Of a stretch of DNA of 64,000 nucleotides, positions 23,678-35,206 are shown piece by piece. Each line of letters begins with the position of its first letter. The first letter of the stretch is position 1. The position numbers and the translations under genes were made by a program. Location of the stretch: positions 32,001 to 96,000 of the forward strand of contig CAWJIM010000002.1 in the NCBI GenBank assembly GCA_963842945.1, in the 5' to 3' direction. The DNA is from an uncultured Gemmatimonadales bacterium. GTDB lineage: Bacteria > Gemmatimonadota > Gemmatimonadetes > Gemmatimonadales > GWC2-71-9. Below the pieces are notes generated by a model. The model searched no databases and was not told the origin of the DNA. It was given only the letters and a program-made list of their open reading frames with translations.

Positions 23678-25471
23678 TCAGCGAAGTCCCAGTCGGCGAC
23701 GCGCCAGCCACTCTCCCGAAAATGCGAGAATGCAGATCCCGAACAGCCAGAGCCAGTCGCGGGCAGTGGTGCTTCCCTTAGGCTGTGCCGCCCGAGGTTC
23801 ATGCGGAGTCAGGGTCACGGGCCGGTGCAGCAACTCATCGGAGTACTGTTCCACCGCCACCACACCCTCGCCTCCGGATGCCAGGCGATATCGGTAAACG
23901 CCTGGCGGACGCCAGACGGTGGCCCGGCCATCACCGTCGAAGAACAGAGTGTCGCGGCTGGCGCTGTCACCGGACAAGGTCAGGCCCAAAGGGCGACGGC
24001 TGCCCGGTCCCGACCCACTCGAAGACAATAGGCCGCCCGTTTGCGACTACTGGCTGCACCGGTCGAGCTTGTCCCTGAGCGGAGTCAGTGCCACCCAAGA
24101 GCCAGCTGGCGGTCTCGGACACCCAGGAGCGATAGCTCTGCTCGCTGGGGCCTCCCCGAAATGCCCACCGCCATAGGCCTCCCACCGCGACGGTGACGCG
24201 GCGCACTCGGCCGTCCTGCTTGCCGTACACCGCGGGGCGCTGCAGGCCCCGCCGGCCGAGCTGGGCGCTGAGAGTCACCCAAGACCCTCGATCTGGCTCC
24301 ACGGGTGTCAGCTCGACAGCAGGAGGGAAGGAGTCGAGTGGTTGCCCCAGGAACGCTCCGGACACTGGAGAATCTCCCTCAGGAAGGAGATACCAGTCTC
24401 CCGGCTGCGCCTGGCCAGTCTCCCCACTGATCCAGGTCCACACCCCGCGAGCTCGGCTTCCGCTAGCCGCGTCGCCAACCGGACCTTTGAGAACCAGAAG
24501 ATCGGCGCCTCGCGCGGCACGCCGCACCTGGTCCAGGGAAACGGAGCGCAGGTCGGACATTGACCGCCACCGGTTTCCCTCCAGCCTGACGAATCCTTGC
24601 ACGGGCAGCTGGCTGACCTCGCGAATGGTCCGGTAAAGGAAGCGGCTGTCCCAGTCTGCGGCTCCAGCGAGCAGAACGACCCCAGGTGTGGCGGCCACCG
24701 TGACGATATGGAGACGGGTGTCGGTACGCGGCTCCGGATCACGGTTGCCGGAGAGCGACACCTGCAGGACGTGGTTTCCTGGTCTCAACCGGGTGGTGGG
24801 GATTACGACTCGAGCCCGATCCCCGCCCTCGGAGCCGGACGCTTCGACGGGCAAGTCCGCTTCCTTCGGTAGAGACCTGGATCGTCGCGGTATCCCTTTT
24901 TTGCTCCGGGCGGCGGCTGAATCACCACCTCGAGCCTGATGGAGTCACCCGCCGTCACCCGGCGAGCACCGGTGACGCGAGTGATCGCCCAGTCGGGCTG
25001 CCGGTCTCGAGTGAATAGCCGGACCCCGCTGCGAGCGAGAATGTCGGGCGGTATTTCCGGCACATCCTCGATCTCGCCGTCGCTGACCACGATGATGGGG
25101 CGCTCCGAGGCCGACGCCGCCACGAGCGATGGCGCGAGGAGGGAGCGGCCCCGGATCGGTAAGGAGTCGGAGCCCGCCCGTTCGTCGCCGAAATCCCGAA
25201 TCTCGCCCCATCGCGCAGCGGAGTCCCGCGCCTCACGCCAACGGCCACCTGGGGCACTCAGGCTCAGTGAGGCATCCAACAGCACCAGCGGTCGGCGGGC
25301 AGGCGATCGAACTGCACAGGTGAGGTTGACCACCAGCAGACCCAGAGCGGTATAGCCGAGCGCTCGGAAAAGGAGTGGGATCCAGGAGCGGCGTCCCAGT
25401 CTCTCCAGCCAGAGGTAGGTGAGGCCGGACAGACCCAGGGCGAGTGCAGCGACCAGCAGGACCGTCAGCAC
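23678..25471 (-). CDS. Membrane-anchored vWA-like hypothetical protein (frameshifts ~24900, ~24860 and ~23980)
   Basis: Two N-terminal TM helices, LLDASLS and VVSDG, GLWRW, and a C-terminal TM ending EWLARRRLGLR. Confidence 0.65.
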
Positions 25472-25576
25472 CGTCGGGCCAGGAAAATGGCTTGCCGTGT
25501 CAGCTCATCCGGCTCGGGATGAACGACGCGGCCATATGATGTGATGTGGATACTGGGGGAAGGCACTAATCCGGCG

Positions 25577-26882
25577 CTACGGCAACCACCGCTTCGAGGT
25601 TTCACTGACTTGGCGGGCGATAGCAGAAGGGGGCGAGGTGGAGTCACCAGGCTGGTCGAGCAGCAGGAGCAGCCGGTCACGTTCCCGCTCGAAATCGTCC
25701 CGCGCCCGTTGGGGAACCGGAGAGCCGGTGCCCAGGGTTACCCGGCGAGAGTCCCGAGCGATCCCGTTCTCCCGAAATTCATAATGCAGATGCGGACCGG
25801 TGGCGAGACCGGTAGAGCCGACATAGCCGATCGTCTGACCTTGCACCACGCGTACCCCGTGCCGAATACCCCGGGCAAAGCCCCGTAAATGGCCGTATCG
25901 CGTCGTGATCCCGTTCACATGTCGCAGCTCGATCAGATTACCGTACCCTCCGGCCCGGCCCGCCCGCAGGACCATCCCGTCTCCCGCCGCCATGACCGGC
26001 GTGCCGGGCGTTGCCGCGTAGTCAGTGCCTTCGTGTCGCCGGCTCAACCCGAGCACCGGGTGATAGCGACGGCGGGCGAAGCTGGAGGAGATCCTCCGGA
26101 ACTGTACCGGTGCCCGCAGGAATGCCCGCCGGAGGGAGCCCCCGCTGGCGTCATAGTAAAGAGGGCTTCCGCCGGAGACGCCACCGAAACGGAACGCGCT
26201 GAGCCGTTTTCCTGACATCGTCAGGTTGCTGGCCAGAACGTTCCCTACCCGGACCTCACCATCCTGCGAGACGCGGCGCTCAAAGACCACGCGAAAGCTG
26301 TCGCCGGGCTGGATGTCACGGGTGAAATCCACCTGCCAGGCGTACACGTCGGCCAGGTCCCAGGCCAGCCGCTGCCGGTTGCCGCTATCGAGCTGCTCGT
26401 CGGCAACGCCGGCATCCAGCGCTTCATAGAGCGAGTTATTGATCGACCCCCTCGATCCGGGTTTCCTCGGTCTGCCACCGAATGGGCTCAGCGTTGGCAT
26501 CCCACCCGGTTGGAGATCCGGGTGAATACAACTCGCTGCTCCGGTGAGGTTCGTACCGAAATGTGATTGGGCGCGGAGTCGCCCAGAGGCTGCCGAAAAT
26601 TGAAGACCAGACCGGCCCGCACCCGCCGGGGATTCAGCAGCGACCCCGGAATCCAGCCGCTGGAAGTCGAAAGTGATGTTGTGCCGGGCGAAGAGATCGG
26701 AAAGGGTTTCCCCGCCGTGCAGAGTGTCTTGAGTCTCGGTGTAAGGAGGAGGCGGCGGGGGTAATGCAGTTGGGGGCACCGCTGGCGAGCTCAGCCGGTG
26801 CCAGGGCCAGCGCCCGCTGAGCCCGAAGAACACCGACGTCCCGAACACCAGTGCCAGCCACCAAAAGACCCAGCTTCCGCAT
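25577..26882 (-). CDS. M23-family murein DD-endopeptidase, MepM-like (frameshifts in the N-terminal third)
   Basis: HEGTDYAA, GGYGN, YGHL and GSTGLATGPHLHYE; start overlaps the ftsZ stop (TGATG). Confidence 0.9.
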
Positions 26883-28060
26883 CAGTCCATCTGCCGACGA
26901 ATGAACGTGGGGATCTCCATCTCGGGCACGTCGGTGGGCGTGGCCGTAGGCGGCGCCTGATGGATCCGCGGCTGCACCCGGGTAATGACCGGCGTGGCCG
27001 GCTGCGAGGGGGTGGACGGCCGCTGCCGGTTGGAGGGGAAGTTGATCACGCCCGCGGCCCCGGAGACCCGACCGGTTGGCTGTTCCGCGGTAACCGGCCG
27101 ATCGAATCCGGTGGCGATGACGGTGACCCGAACCTCGCCATGCATGGCCGGATCGTTCCCGGCGCCGAAGATGATTTCGGCGTCGTCGCCCACGGCATCG
27201 TGAATGATGTCGTTGATCTGGGTGGTCTCGCCCAGGGTGAGATCGTCGCCGCCGATGATGTTGATGAGAACGCCCATGGCGCCGGCGATGGAGATGTTGT
27301 CCAGCAGCGGACTGGAGATGGCCTGCTGGGCTGCCTCGAGGGCGCGGTTCTCGCCTCGGCCGATCCCGGTGCCCATCAGCGCGGCGCCGCCGTTCTGCAT
27401 CACCGTGCGGACGTCAGCAAAATCCACGTTGATGATGCCGGTCGAGGTAATCAGGCTGGCGATGCCCTGGGTGGCGTGGAGCAGCACCTCGTCGGCTTTC
27501 TTCAGGGCTTCCTGGAAGGGAATGCCCTTGCCCACCACGGCGAGCAACCGCTCGTTCGGCACCACGATCATGGTGTCGACGTTGTTGCGCATTTCGGAGA
27601 TGCCGCCCTCCGCCTGCTTCATCCGCCGACGGCCCTCGAAGAGGAAGGGCTTGGTGACTATCCCGACGGTGAGTGCCCCGGCCTCGCGCGCCATCTGGGC
27701 CACGACCGGAGCGGCACCAGTGCCGGTGCCACCTCCCATGCCGCAGGTCACGAAGACCATGTCGGCGCCCTGCACCGCATGAAGCACCTCGTCCCGGTTT
27801 TCCTCGATGGCTTGCCGGCCGATTTCGGGACGGGCGCCTGCCCCAAGCCCGCGGGTCAGTTTACGTCCGATCTGAATTTTGATGTCGGATTTGGACATCG
27901 CGAGGGCCTGTGAGTCGGTGTTCACCGAGATGAACTCGACTCCGCCCAACTGGTCCTCGATCATGCGGTTGACGGCATTACCACCGCCGCCTCCTACGCC
28001 CACCACCTTCATCCGCGCGGTCTGGGCCGCGCCCTCTTCCAGCTCAAAGATCATGGTCAT
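26882..28060 (-). CDS. ftsZ: Cell division protein FtsZ
   Basis: [32 protein letters not shown] and C-terminal [11 protein letters not shown]. Confidence 0.98.
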   Translation of the reverse strand: MTMIFELEEGAAQTARMKVVGVGGGGGNAVNRMIEDQLGGVEFISVNTDSQALAMSKSDIKIQIGRKLTRGLGAGARPEIGRQAIEENRDEVLHAVQGADMVFVTCGMGGGTGTGAAPVVAQMAREAGALTVGIVTKPFLFEGRRRMKQAEGGISEMRNNVDTMIVVPNERLLAVVGKGIPFQEALKKADEVLLHATQGIASLITSTGIINVDFADVRTVMQNGGAALMGTGIGRGENRALEAAQQAISSPLLDNISIAGAMGVLINIIGGDDLTLGETTQINDIIHDAVGDDAEIIFGAGNDPAMHGEVRVTVIATGFDRPVTAEQPTGRVSGAAGVINFPSNRQRPSTPSQPATPVITRVQPRIHQAPPTATPTDVPEMEIPTFIRRQMD

Positions 28061-28076
28061 GTCCCCTCGGCCCGAC

Positions 28077-29332
28077 TCAGAAGAAGTCTTGGAGCCACCG
28101 TCGCACAGGAGCCAGCACCTTTTCCACGGCCGGTGACTTCCGCCCCCCCGCTCCCAACCCACCACTAACAGCAACCTGCCTGGCGCCATAGAGCACCAGA
28201 CCTGCCGGTACCGCCATCCGGGGTGATTCGACGCTGTCCGCCAGACCACGCAAGCGTTGGCCCGGCACGCCACAGCGTGCCGGCATCGCGAAGACCTCAC
28301 GGGCGAGCTCCACGATGCCCGGGGCAAGCGCCCCACCGCCGGTTATGATCACTCCTGCGGGTAAGCGCTGATGATAGCCTGCCCGGGTGATCTCGTCGAG
28401 CGCATACTCCAGCACTTCCTGCAGCCGCATGTGCATGATGTGAGCGAGGATTCTCCGCTGCGCGTTGCGGGCGCCCTGGCCCGGCGTGCTGGGCAGCTCG
28501 AAGACGTCGCTTTCCGGCACCAGCGGCTCGAAAGCCGCTCCGTACCGTTCTTTCAATCGCTCTGCGTCGTGTTGGGTAACCTGCAGGCCGTGCACGATGT
28601 CGGCGGTGACGTGCCCGCCGGCACAGGGCAGCGAGCCCGTGTGGCGAATCTTGCCGCTGTGGAAGATCGACACATTGGTGGAGCCCTCCGCCCAACTCCA
28701 CGATGGCACAGCCGAGCTCGATCTCGTCAGAGGTGAGCACGGCGAGAGAAGCAGCCAGCGGCTCGAGCACGAACTCCGCGACCTGGTAGCCCGCCCGCTC
28801 CACGCACTTTCGAAGGTTCAGGAGCACGCTGGAGAGCACGGTAACCAGGTAGACTTCGGCTTCCAGCCGAGATCCCGTCATCCCGATCGGTTCGCTGATC
28901 CCCCCCTGCTGGTCGATCAGGTAATCCTGAGGGATCGCGTGGAGCAACTCATGATCGCGGCCGAACCTGACACTGCTCGCCATATCATTGACCCGGGCGA
29001 CATCGCCGGTCCGGATCTCATCGCCGGTGACCGACACCATGCCATGAGAGGTACGCCCGGCCACGTGCTCTCCGGCCAGACCACAGTAGATCGAGCCCAC
29101 TTCCACGCCTGCCATCCGCTGGGCGCTCTTCATGGCCCGCTCGATAGCCCGGGTCGTTTCTTCGATGTCGCGAACCACTCCTCGGCGAATGTCCGCCGCT
29201 GCGCTCCACCCCGAGTCCCAGAATCTTGGCCCCGGGCTCTCGGACTTCGCCGGTCACCTCGGCGATCACGGCGACCACCTTGGTCGAGCCGAGGTCGAGG
29301 GCCGCCACCAGGCGCCCCGGAGGTGTGGTCAT
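28077..29332 (-). CDS. ftsA: Cell division protein FtsA (frameshifts ~29190 and ~28690)
   Basis: [30 protein letters not shown] and C-terminal amphipathic RRWLQDFF. Confidence 0.95.
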
Positions 29333-30049
29333 GCGCCTTCCCATCGGACGATGACCTGCCCCGCGAACCGTCCGTCGAGCTCTCGGTAATTTCGCCCCTG
29401 CCGGGCGAGATCCTGCGCCACCGCCATCACCGCTCGTATGTCCTCCGCCGTCACCGCAGGGCCGAACCACAGCTGCCGCCCATTCCACTCGAGCATTACA
29501 TCGTCATGCACCCGCCGCGCCATCCCGATTTGAGCGAACAACGCAGGATCGTGTTCCCTGATCGTTGCCAGCACCCGTGCGATGGCCGGGTCGGCCGTCG
29601 CGGCAATCGGCAGATCCGGGGCCGTTGCAGCGGGATCGAACGGGAGCACCCGGCCGCTCGAGTCGATCAGGGCGAGAGTGGAGCCGCGGGGCGCGAGCGC
29701 CACCGGCACCGCTTCCTCGACAACGATCTCGAGAGTTCCCGGCAACCGCCGCCGGACCACTGCCGAACGAATTCCTGGGAGTGCTCTCAGGCCTTTGCCT
29801 GCGGCGAGCAAATCGTCGAAGACGCTCGACCGCGCGTCCAACCCGAGCGAACCGAGAATCGTGGCTGGAGCAAGATACTGAATTCCGGCAATTTCCACCC
29901 GCCTGATCCGAAAGAACTCGAGCCTCCGCAGGATCGAGGGCGTGGCATACCAGAGCAGGAGCGCGGCGATAAGACCGCCCAGGAGCTGCAACCCGACGCT
30001 GCAGAGAAAATCGCTGGAGCGAGCCGTGCGTCAGGCGGCGCTGAGCCAA
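29329..30049 (-). CDS. ftsQ: Cell division protein FtsQ/DivIB (start uncertain, probable frameshift ~29992)
   Basis: TM followed by POTRA (FRIRRVEIAG..RRLPGTLEIVVEEAVP) and LDGRFAGQVIVR; lies between murC and ftsA. Confidence 0.85.
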
Positions 30050-31404
30050 CGCACCAACTCGGGAGCGACCCGGGTGATGTCGCCCGCGCCCAGGGTCAGG
30101 ACCACGTCACCGGACCTGAGCTCCTGAAACACCGTCTTCCCCACCTTCGCGCGGGTGGGCTCGAACCGGGTATCGGCTCCAGCCATGTTGGCGGCGTCGG
30201 CCACCTGGCGACCACTCACCCCGGCGATGGGCTGCTCGCGCGCCGGATAAATCTCGGTGACGAACACCAGATCGGCAGCGGCGAGTGCCTGACCCATGGC
30301 CTGCCCGTGCGCGGCGGTGCGGGAATACAGATGCGGTTGAAAGACCGCGACCAGCCTGCGCCCGGGAAACGCCTGCCGCGCCGCCGACAATGTGGCGGCC
30401 AGCTCCGAGGGGTGATGCGCGTAATCGTCGACCACCGCAACCCCGCCGAACTCGCCCAGCCGCTCGAAGCGTCGGCCAACACCGTGGAACCGGCCCAGCG
30501 CCTCGGCGGCGGGTTCCAGAGCGCCGCCCAAGGCGTCCACCACGCTCAGCGCAGCCACAGCGTTTCGCAGATTGTGCAGTCCAGGCACCCGGAGCTGAAG
30601 GGCAGTCGAGCGGCCGGTCGGCCAGCGAATGCAGGCCACAGTGCGGTCGGCCTGCTGAACGATGTCTTCGATCCGGACGTCGGCTTCAGCATCCAGCCCG
30701 AATCGAACCACCTCAGTGCTCAGTCGAGAGGCGATCTCTCGCGCGCCAGGATCGTCAGCACTCACCACCGCCACTCTGGCCCGCCCGGCAAACTCCACGA
30801 AGGCATCTTCCAAGGCTGCCATCGAGCCGTAACACTCCAGGTGGTCGGGCTCAACGTTATTCACCACCGCGATCGTCGGGTGAAGGGTGAGAAAGGCCTG
30901 GTCGAACTCGTCGGCTTCCACCACGAACAACTCGTCTCCGGCGACGCGTGCGTTACCTCCCCAGGTACTCACTCTGCCACCGGCAATTCCGGTGGGCTGC
31001 AAGCCCGCGGCGGTGAGCGCCTCAGTGGTCATCACGGTGGTGGTGGTCTTGCCATGAGTACCCGAGATACCCACGCTCTGCCCACCTTCGATCAACTCCG
31101 CCAACGCCACCTTCCGGGGAACAATTGGGAGCCCCAGCGTACGGGCCTGCTCCAGCTCGGGGTGAGATGGGGGAATGGCGGCTGTGACCACAACAGCCCG
31201 CGCGCCGGCCAGGTGAGCTCCGTCGTGGCCCTGGTAGATCCTGACGCCAAGGGCCTCGAGGTCGGCTGCGCCGGTGGGATCCACGTCGCAGCCGCTCACC
31301 GCCACACCCCGACGGCAGGCGATGAGAGCCAGCGCACTCATGCCGGCGCCGCCGATTCCCATGAAGTGCACAGTACGCTTATCCGTGGGGCTGAACAGTG
31401 CCAT
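30031..31404 (-). CDS. murC: UDP-N-acetylmuramate--L-alanine ligase
   Basis: HFMGIGGAGMS, GTHGKTTT, EADE and DDYAHHPSE. Confidence 0.97.
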   Translation of the reverse strand: MALFSPTDKRTVHFMGIGGAGMSALALIACRRGVAVSGCDVDPTGAADLEALGVRIYQGHDGAHLAGARAVVVTAAIPPSHPELEQARTLGLPIVPRKVALAELIEGGQSVGISGTHGKTTTTVMTTEALTAAGLQPTGIAGGRVSTWGGNARVAGDELFVVEADEFDQAFLTLHPTIAVVNNVEPDHLECYGSMAALEDAFVEFAGRARVAVVSADDPGAREIASRLSTEVVRFGLDAEADVRIEDIVQQADRTVACIRWPTGRSTALQLRVPGLHNLRNAVAALSVVDALGGALEPAAEALGRFHGVGRRFERLGEFGGVAVVDDYAHHPSELAATLSAARQAFPGRRLVAVFQPHLYSRTAAHGQAMGQALAAADLVFVTEIYPAREQPIAGVSGRQVADAANMAGADTRFEPTRAKVGKTVFQELRSGDVVLTLGAGDITRVAPELVRWLSAA

Positions 31405-31451
31405 GATTGCAGGGCTAATTTAAGATGGTGCCGAAGGTTCTGAAAGTCCGC

Positions 31452-32570
31452 TCATCCAATGAGTGTCAATAACTTGTACACTATCTCTCGAGCAGAGTTG
31501 GGCCGTCCCCGGCTCAGAGCTCGGTCGGCCATCTGCTGTCGTTGCGAGGGATCTCCGAGCAGGCCATTGATTGTGGCGGCCAGCCGGTCCGGCGTGAGCT
31601 CTGACTGTCGCAGCAGCAGAGATGCCCCCGCCTCGGCAAGAACCCGCGCGTTGTGGGTTTGATGGTCCGCCGCAGCCGTGGGCAGCGGGACCAGAATGTT
31701 GGGCAGGCCCCACGCACAGAGCTCTGCCACAGTGATCATGCCGGCCCGGGACACGACGAGATCGGACACGGCGTAGGCATCGCCCATCGGATCCAGGAAA
31801 TCGAAGACGTGCACCTGCGGTGCCTCGTAGCGGCGAAACTGCTCGAAGGTGCCCCGCCCCGTCACCCAGATCAGCTCGGCATTCCCGGGGCCGCTGTCTT
31901 CCAACCACGCGGCTACGGATTGATTGAGCGCCAGCGCCCCCTGACTTCCCCCGGTAATGAGGACGACCGGTCGGTGTCCGTTGAGTCCGAACCTCGCTTT
32001 AGCCGCTTCCCTTCTTTCCTTGGAAGGCGGCGTTATCGGGTTTCCGGTGTCAAACACCTCCGTCCCGGTTCCGAATCGGAGCAGTCGGCGCGCTTCAGGG
32101 AGGCCGAGATAGACGTGCCGGACTCGTCGGCTCAACCAGCGGCTGGCGAGCCCAGGATACGCGTTCTGCTCCTGGATGGCGGTCGGGATGCCGTGCCTCG
32201 CTGCCCACCAGACCACTGGCCCCGACGCGTAACCACCAGTTCCTAGGACGGCAGCAGGCTGCTCTCGCTCGAAGACCCGGCCCACCTCGCGCAGCAGCCG
32301 GCCGGCGACGAATGGCCATTTGAAGTTCTTCCACCAGGTCCGGCGGTAGATCGGCTCGGTGGGCAACAAGTAAAAGCGGAAGTCCCGGCCGGGGAGAATG
32401 CGTGCCTCTACCCCGCGAGTCGCGCCTACCAGTACCGGCTCCACTTGTGGAGCGTACTCCCGGATGGCGTCGGCAATTGCGAGTGCCGGCATGAGATGTC
32501 CGCCGGTTCCACCGCCGGCGATTAGAACGGTACGCCGGAGTGGTGGTGCGTCAGTTCCGGTGCCGCTCAT
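31452..32570 (-). CDS. murG: Undecaprenyl-PP-MurNAc-pentapeptide GlcNAc transferase
   Basis: GGGTGGH, GTGGY, EQN, GGSQGA, SRAG and HQTHNA. Confidence 0.97.
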   Translation of the reverse strand: MSGTGTDAPPLRRTVLIAGGGTGGHLMPALAIADAIREYAPQVEPVLVGATRGVEARILPGRDFRFYLLPTEPIYRRTWWKNFKWPFVAGRLLREVGRVFEREQPAAVLGTGGYASGPVVWWAARHGIPTAIQEQNAYPGLASRWLSRRVRHVYLGLPEARRLLRFGTGTEVFDTGNPITPPSKERREAAKARFGLNGHRPVVLITGGSQGALALNQSVAAWLEDSGPGNAELIWVTGRGTFEQFRRYEAPQVHVFDFLDPMGDAYAVSDLVVSRAGMITVAELCAWGLPNILVPLPTAAADHQTHNARVLAEAGASLLLRQSELTPDRLAATINGLLGDPSQRQQMADRALSRGRPNSAREIVYKLLTLIG

Positions 32571-33833
32571 CGCCGAGTCGGCCGTCGACCTTCGGCCTTG
32601 CCGTTTCCGGCCTCTTGTCGCCGGGCCCGCCGGGTAGCAGCTCGGACTGCGCTCCGCGATTTTGTCGTTCCGCCCGGCGCTGCGCTCTGGTCCCGCTGCC
32701 GCGCGAGCGGCCTCGCAATCGCCCGATATTGATGAGGATCCCGGTGCCGAGCAGCGAGATCACCTGGCTGGAGCGTCCGTACGACATGAAGGGCAGCGTC
32801 AGACCCGTCGTCGGAATCAGACCGAGTGATACCGCCATGTGCATGAACGCGGTAAGCCCGATGGCGGCGGTCAGCCCCACGGCGAGATACTGGCCGAACG
32901 GATCGGTTGCCGTTCGCGCGATTCGGAAGCCGAGCCAACAGAAGAGGGCGAACAGGGCGACCACCACGCAGACACCCGCAAACCCCCATTCCTCACCGAT
33001 GGTGCTGAAGAGGAAGTCAGAGTAGGCGTAAGGGAGATATCCGAGCTTTTGCTGGCCTTCCCCAAAGCCGACCCCAAACAGCTGGCCCGATCCGATTCCG
33101 ACCAGCGACTGATGGATTTGAAAACCGGCTTCCGTGGTGGCGTCGCCGGGATTCAGGAAGGTCAGCATCCGGGCGAGACGATACTGCACGTCGCGAATCT
33201 GATGGAAAACCAGAATCATCCCGACCCCGGCGACCAGACCGAAGTGGCCGATCTTGGCGCCCGAGGTGAACAGCACCAGCCCGCCCAGCAACGCCACCAG
33301 CGTGGCCATCGATAGATTGGGCTCCAGCAAGATCAGAAGCGATACCAAGCCGAGAATCACGATGAACGGCAGGACCCCTTTTTGAACTCGCGGACCTGAG
33401 CTCCCTTTTTGGACGCCAGCATGGCGCACCAGATCACCACCACCAGCCGGGCAAGCTCTGAGGGCTGGAAGTTCAGCGGTCCGAGGTCGATCCAACGCCG
33501 TGCTCCGTTGACCGAAGGCGCCAGTCCTCTGGTAAACGGAAGCAGTGGAATTACGAGAAACAGGATGGTCACGAACAGCAGAGGCCAGGCGAGCTGCCGC
33601 CAACGATAGTAGTCGAGCCGTGAGGCCAAGAGGAGGAGCACGCCTCCAAAAACGGCTCCGGTCAGCTGGCGGAGGGCAAAGCCGAGTCCGGCGTTCTGGC
33701 CTTGCAGCGTCGCCAAACTGGCAGCGCCGTAGGTGGCCGCTACGCCGAACACCAGCAGTGCCGCCGTGACCATGCCGAGCAGGCGAGTCTCCCAGCGCAT
33801 CTCGCCGGGGTGCCGTACGGGTCGCGGCATCAT
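32551..33833 (-). CDS. ftsW: Peptidoglycan polymerase FtsW (frameshift ~33375)
   Basis: GARRW, FQPSE, YLPYAYSDF, GEEWG and PTTGLTLPFMSYG. Confidence 0.95.
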
Positions 33834-35206
33834 AGCGCCTGGACCGAGGCGCGGAAGCAATCCCCGCGTTCCTCGTAGTTGCGAAACATGTCGTAACTGG
33901 AGCAGGCCGGAGACAGCAGGACTGCATCCCCGGGCCGGGCCAGCTTTCGAGCCGTCAGGATCACTTCCTCAAAGCTGGCCGCTCGCAGCACCTTGAGCTT
34001 GGCGCCGAGGTCCTGCACGATGATCGGGCCCGCTTCTCCATAGGCCACGATCGCGCGACAGCGATCCTGCAGCCGCTCGACCAACCGGGTGTAAGGCTCT
34101 CCCTTGTGCCGGCCGCCCAGGAGCAGAACGAACGGCCGGTCCAGAGCCGCGATAGCCACCTCAGTGGAGGTGATGTTGGTGGACTTGGAGTCGTTGATCC
34201 AGAGCACGCCCTCGATCTCCCGAACCGGCTCGACTCGATGGGGGATGGCCCGGAAGGACTGGAGTCCAGCGGCTATGCGATGCAACGGGGCGCCCAGCTC
34301 AGCGGCCACAAGCGCAGCAGCCAGAGCATTGGCCACATTGTGATCGCCGAGCAAAGGCAAAGCGGCCCGGGGCAAGACCTCACTCCTTCCCAGCATCAAC
34401 CGGGCACCTTCGCGGTCGTACCACCCGTCGGCCGAGTGGTTGGTGGAGAAGCGCAGCTGCCGCCCGGGGACGCCACGGATCATCTCCTGTACTGCGGGAT
34501 CGTCGTCATTGGTGATCCACAACGAGGTCGCGTCGGCATTGCGGAAGAGCTGAGCCTTATCGCCGTAATACTCCTCCAGCGAGCGGTAGCGATCGAGATG
34601 GTTGGGCGCCAGGTTCGTGAGCACCCCGGCCGCCGGTTTGAGGTGGGGCGCATCGTGCAGCTGAAACGACGAGAGCTCCAATGCCAGCCACGGCGGGGGG
34701 TCGGTCGAGAGGGCCACATCGCAGAGGGGACGCCCGATATTGCCCGCGGTCTCGGCCCGGAACCCGGCGCTCGAGAGCAGGTGGCCAATCAGCGCAGTCG
34801 TGGTGGTCTTGCCGTTGGTTCCAGTGATCGCCACGCAGCTGGTAGCGCGGAGGGCCAGAAAACCGATATCCACTTCGGCGTAGATCTCGAGGCTCGCCTG
34901 TCGCGCGGCTTCCAAGGGCGGAGCATCGGGCGGCACACCGGGTGCCACCACCACCCCTACCGCCCGGCCGATACGGCCCAGATCGTGACCGCCCAGATCA
35001 ACGGCTGCTCCGGTCTCCCGCAGCGTACGAGCCCAGGCCTCGAAGGTTGGCCCTGACCCCGTATCCGAGGCGTACACCCCAATACCCATCCGCCGAAGCA
35101 GCAGGGTGGCCGCCACTCCGCTCTTACCCAGGCCCACCACCGCCACCTCTCCTCCCGATCCTAGCCAGCGCTCGAACAGCGACACGCTCTCGGCGACACC
35201 AGTCAT
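33830..35206 (-). CDS. murD: UDP-MurNAc-L-Ala--D-Glu ligase
   Basis: GLGKSG, GTNGKTTT, GNIG, ELSSFQL, NDSKSTN and SPACSSYDMF. Confidence 0.97.
   Translation of the reverse strand: MTGVAESVSLFERWLGSGGEVAVVGLGKSGVAATLLLRRMGIGVYASDTGSGPTFEAWARTLRETGAAVDLGGHDLGRIGRAVGVVVAPGVPPDAPPLEAARQASLEIYAEVDIGFLALRATSCVAITGTNGKTTTTALIGHLLSSAGFRAETAGNIGRPLCDVALSTDPPPWLALELSSFQLHDAPHLKPAAGVLTNLAPNHLDRYRSLEEYYGDKAQLFRNADATSLWITNDDDPAVQEMIRGVPGRQLRFSTNHSADGWYDREGARLMLGRSEVLPRAALPLLGDHNVANALAAALVAAELGAPLHRIAAGLQSFRAIPHRVEPVREIEGVLWINDSKSTNITSTEVAIAALDRPFVLLLGGRHKGEPYTRLVERLQDRCRAIVAYGEAGPIIVQDLGAKLKVLRAASFEEVILTARKLARPGDAVLLSPACSSYDMFRNYEERGDCFRASVQAL

Noticed and set aside
25465..25576. Small ORF or ncRNA between the M23 gene and the vWA-like gene
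   Set aside because: No RBS, motif or convincing structure; a single near-DnaA-box (TGTGGATAC) is expected by chance
28465..31443. 992-aa plus-strand ORF and other long plus-strand ORFs (e.g. 42983..44590, 52220..53641, 22589..24031)
   Set aside because: Antisense shadows of well-supported minus-strand genes in high-GC DNA, with no recognisable motifs
33365..33390. Programmed -1 frameshift at A-AAA-AAG in ftsW
   Set aside because: One missing G in a G run restores FKKGVLPF, and many similar indels occur across the window
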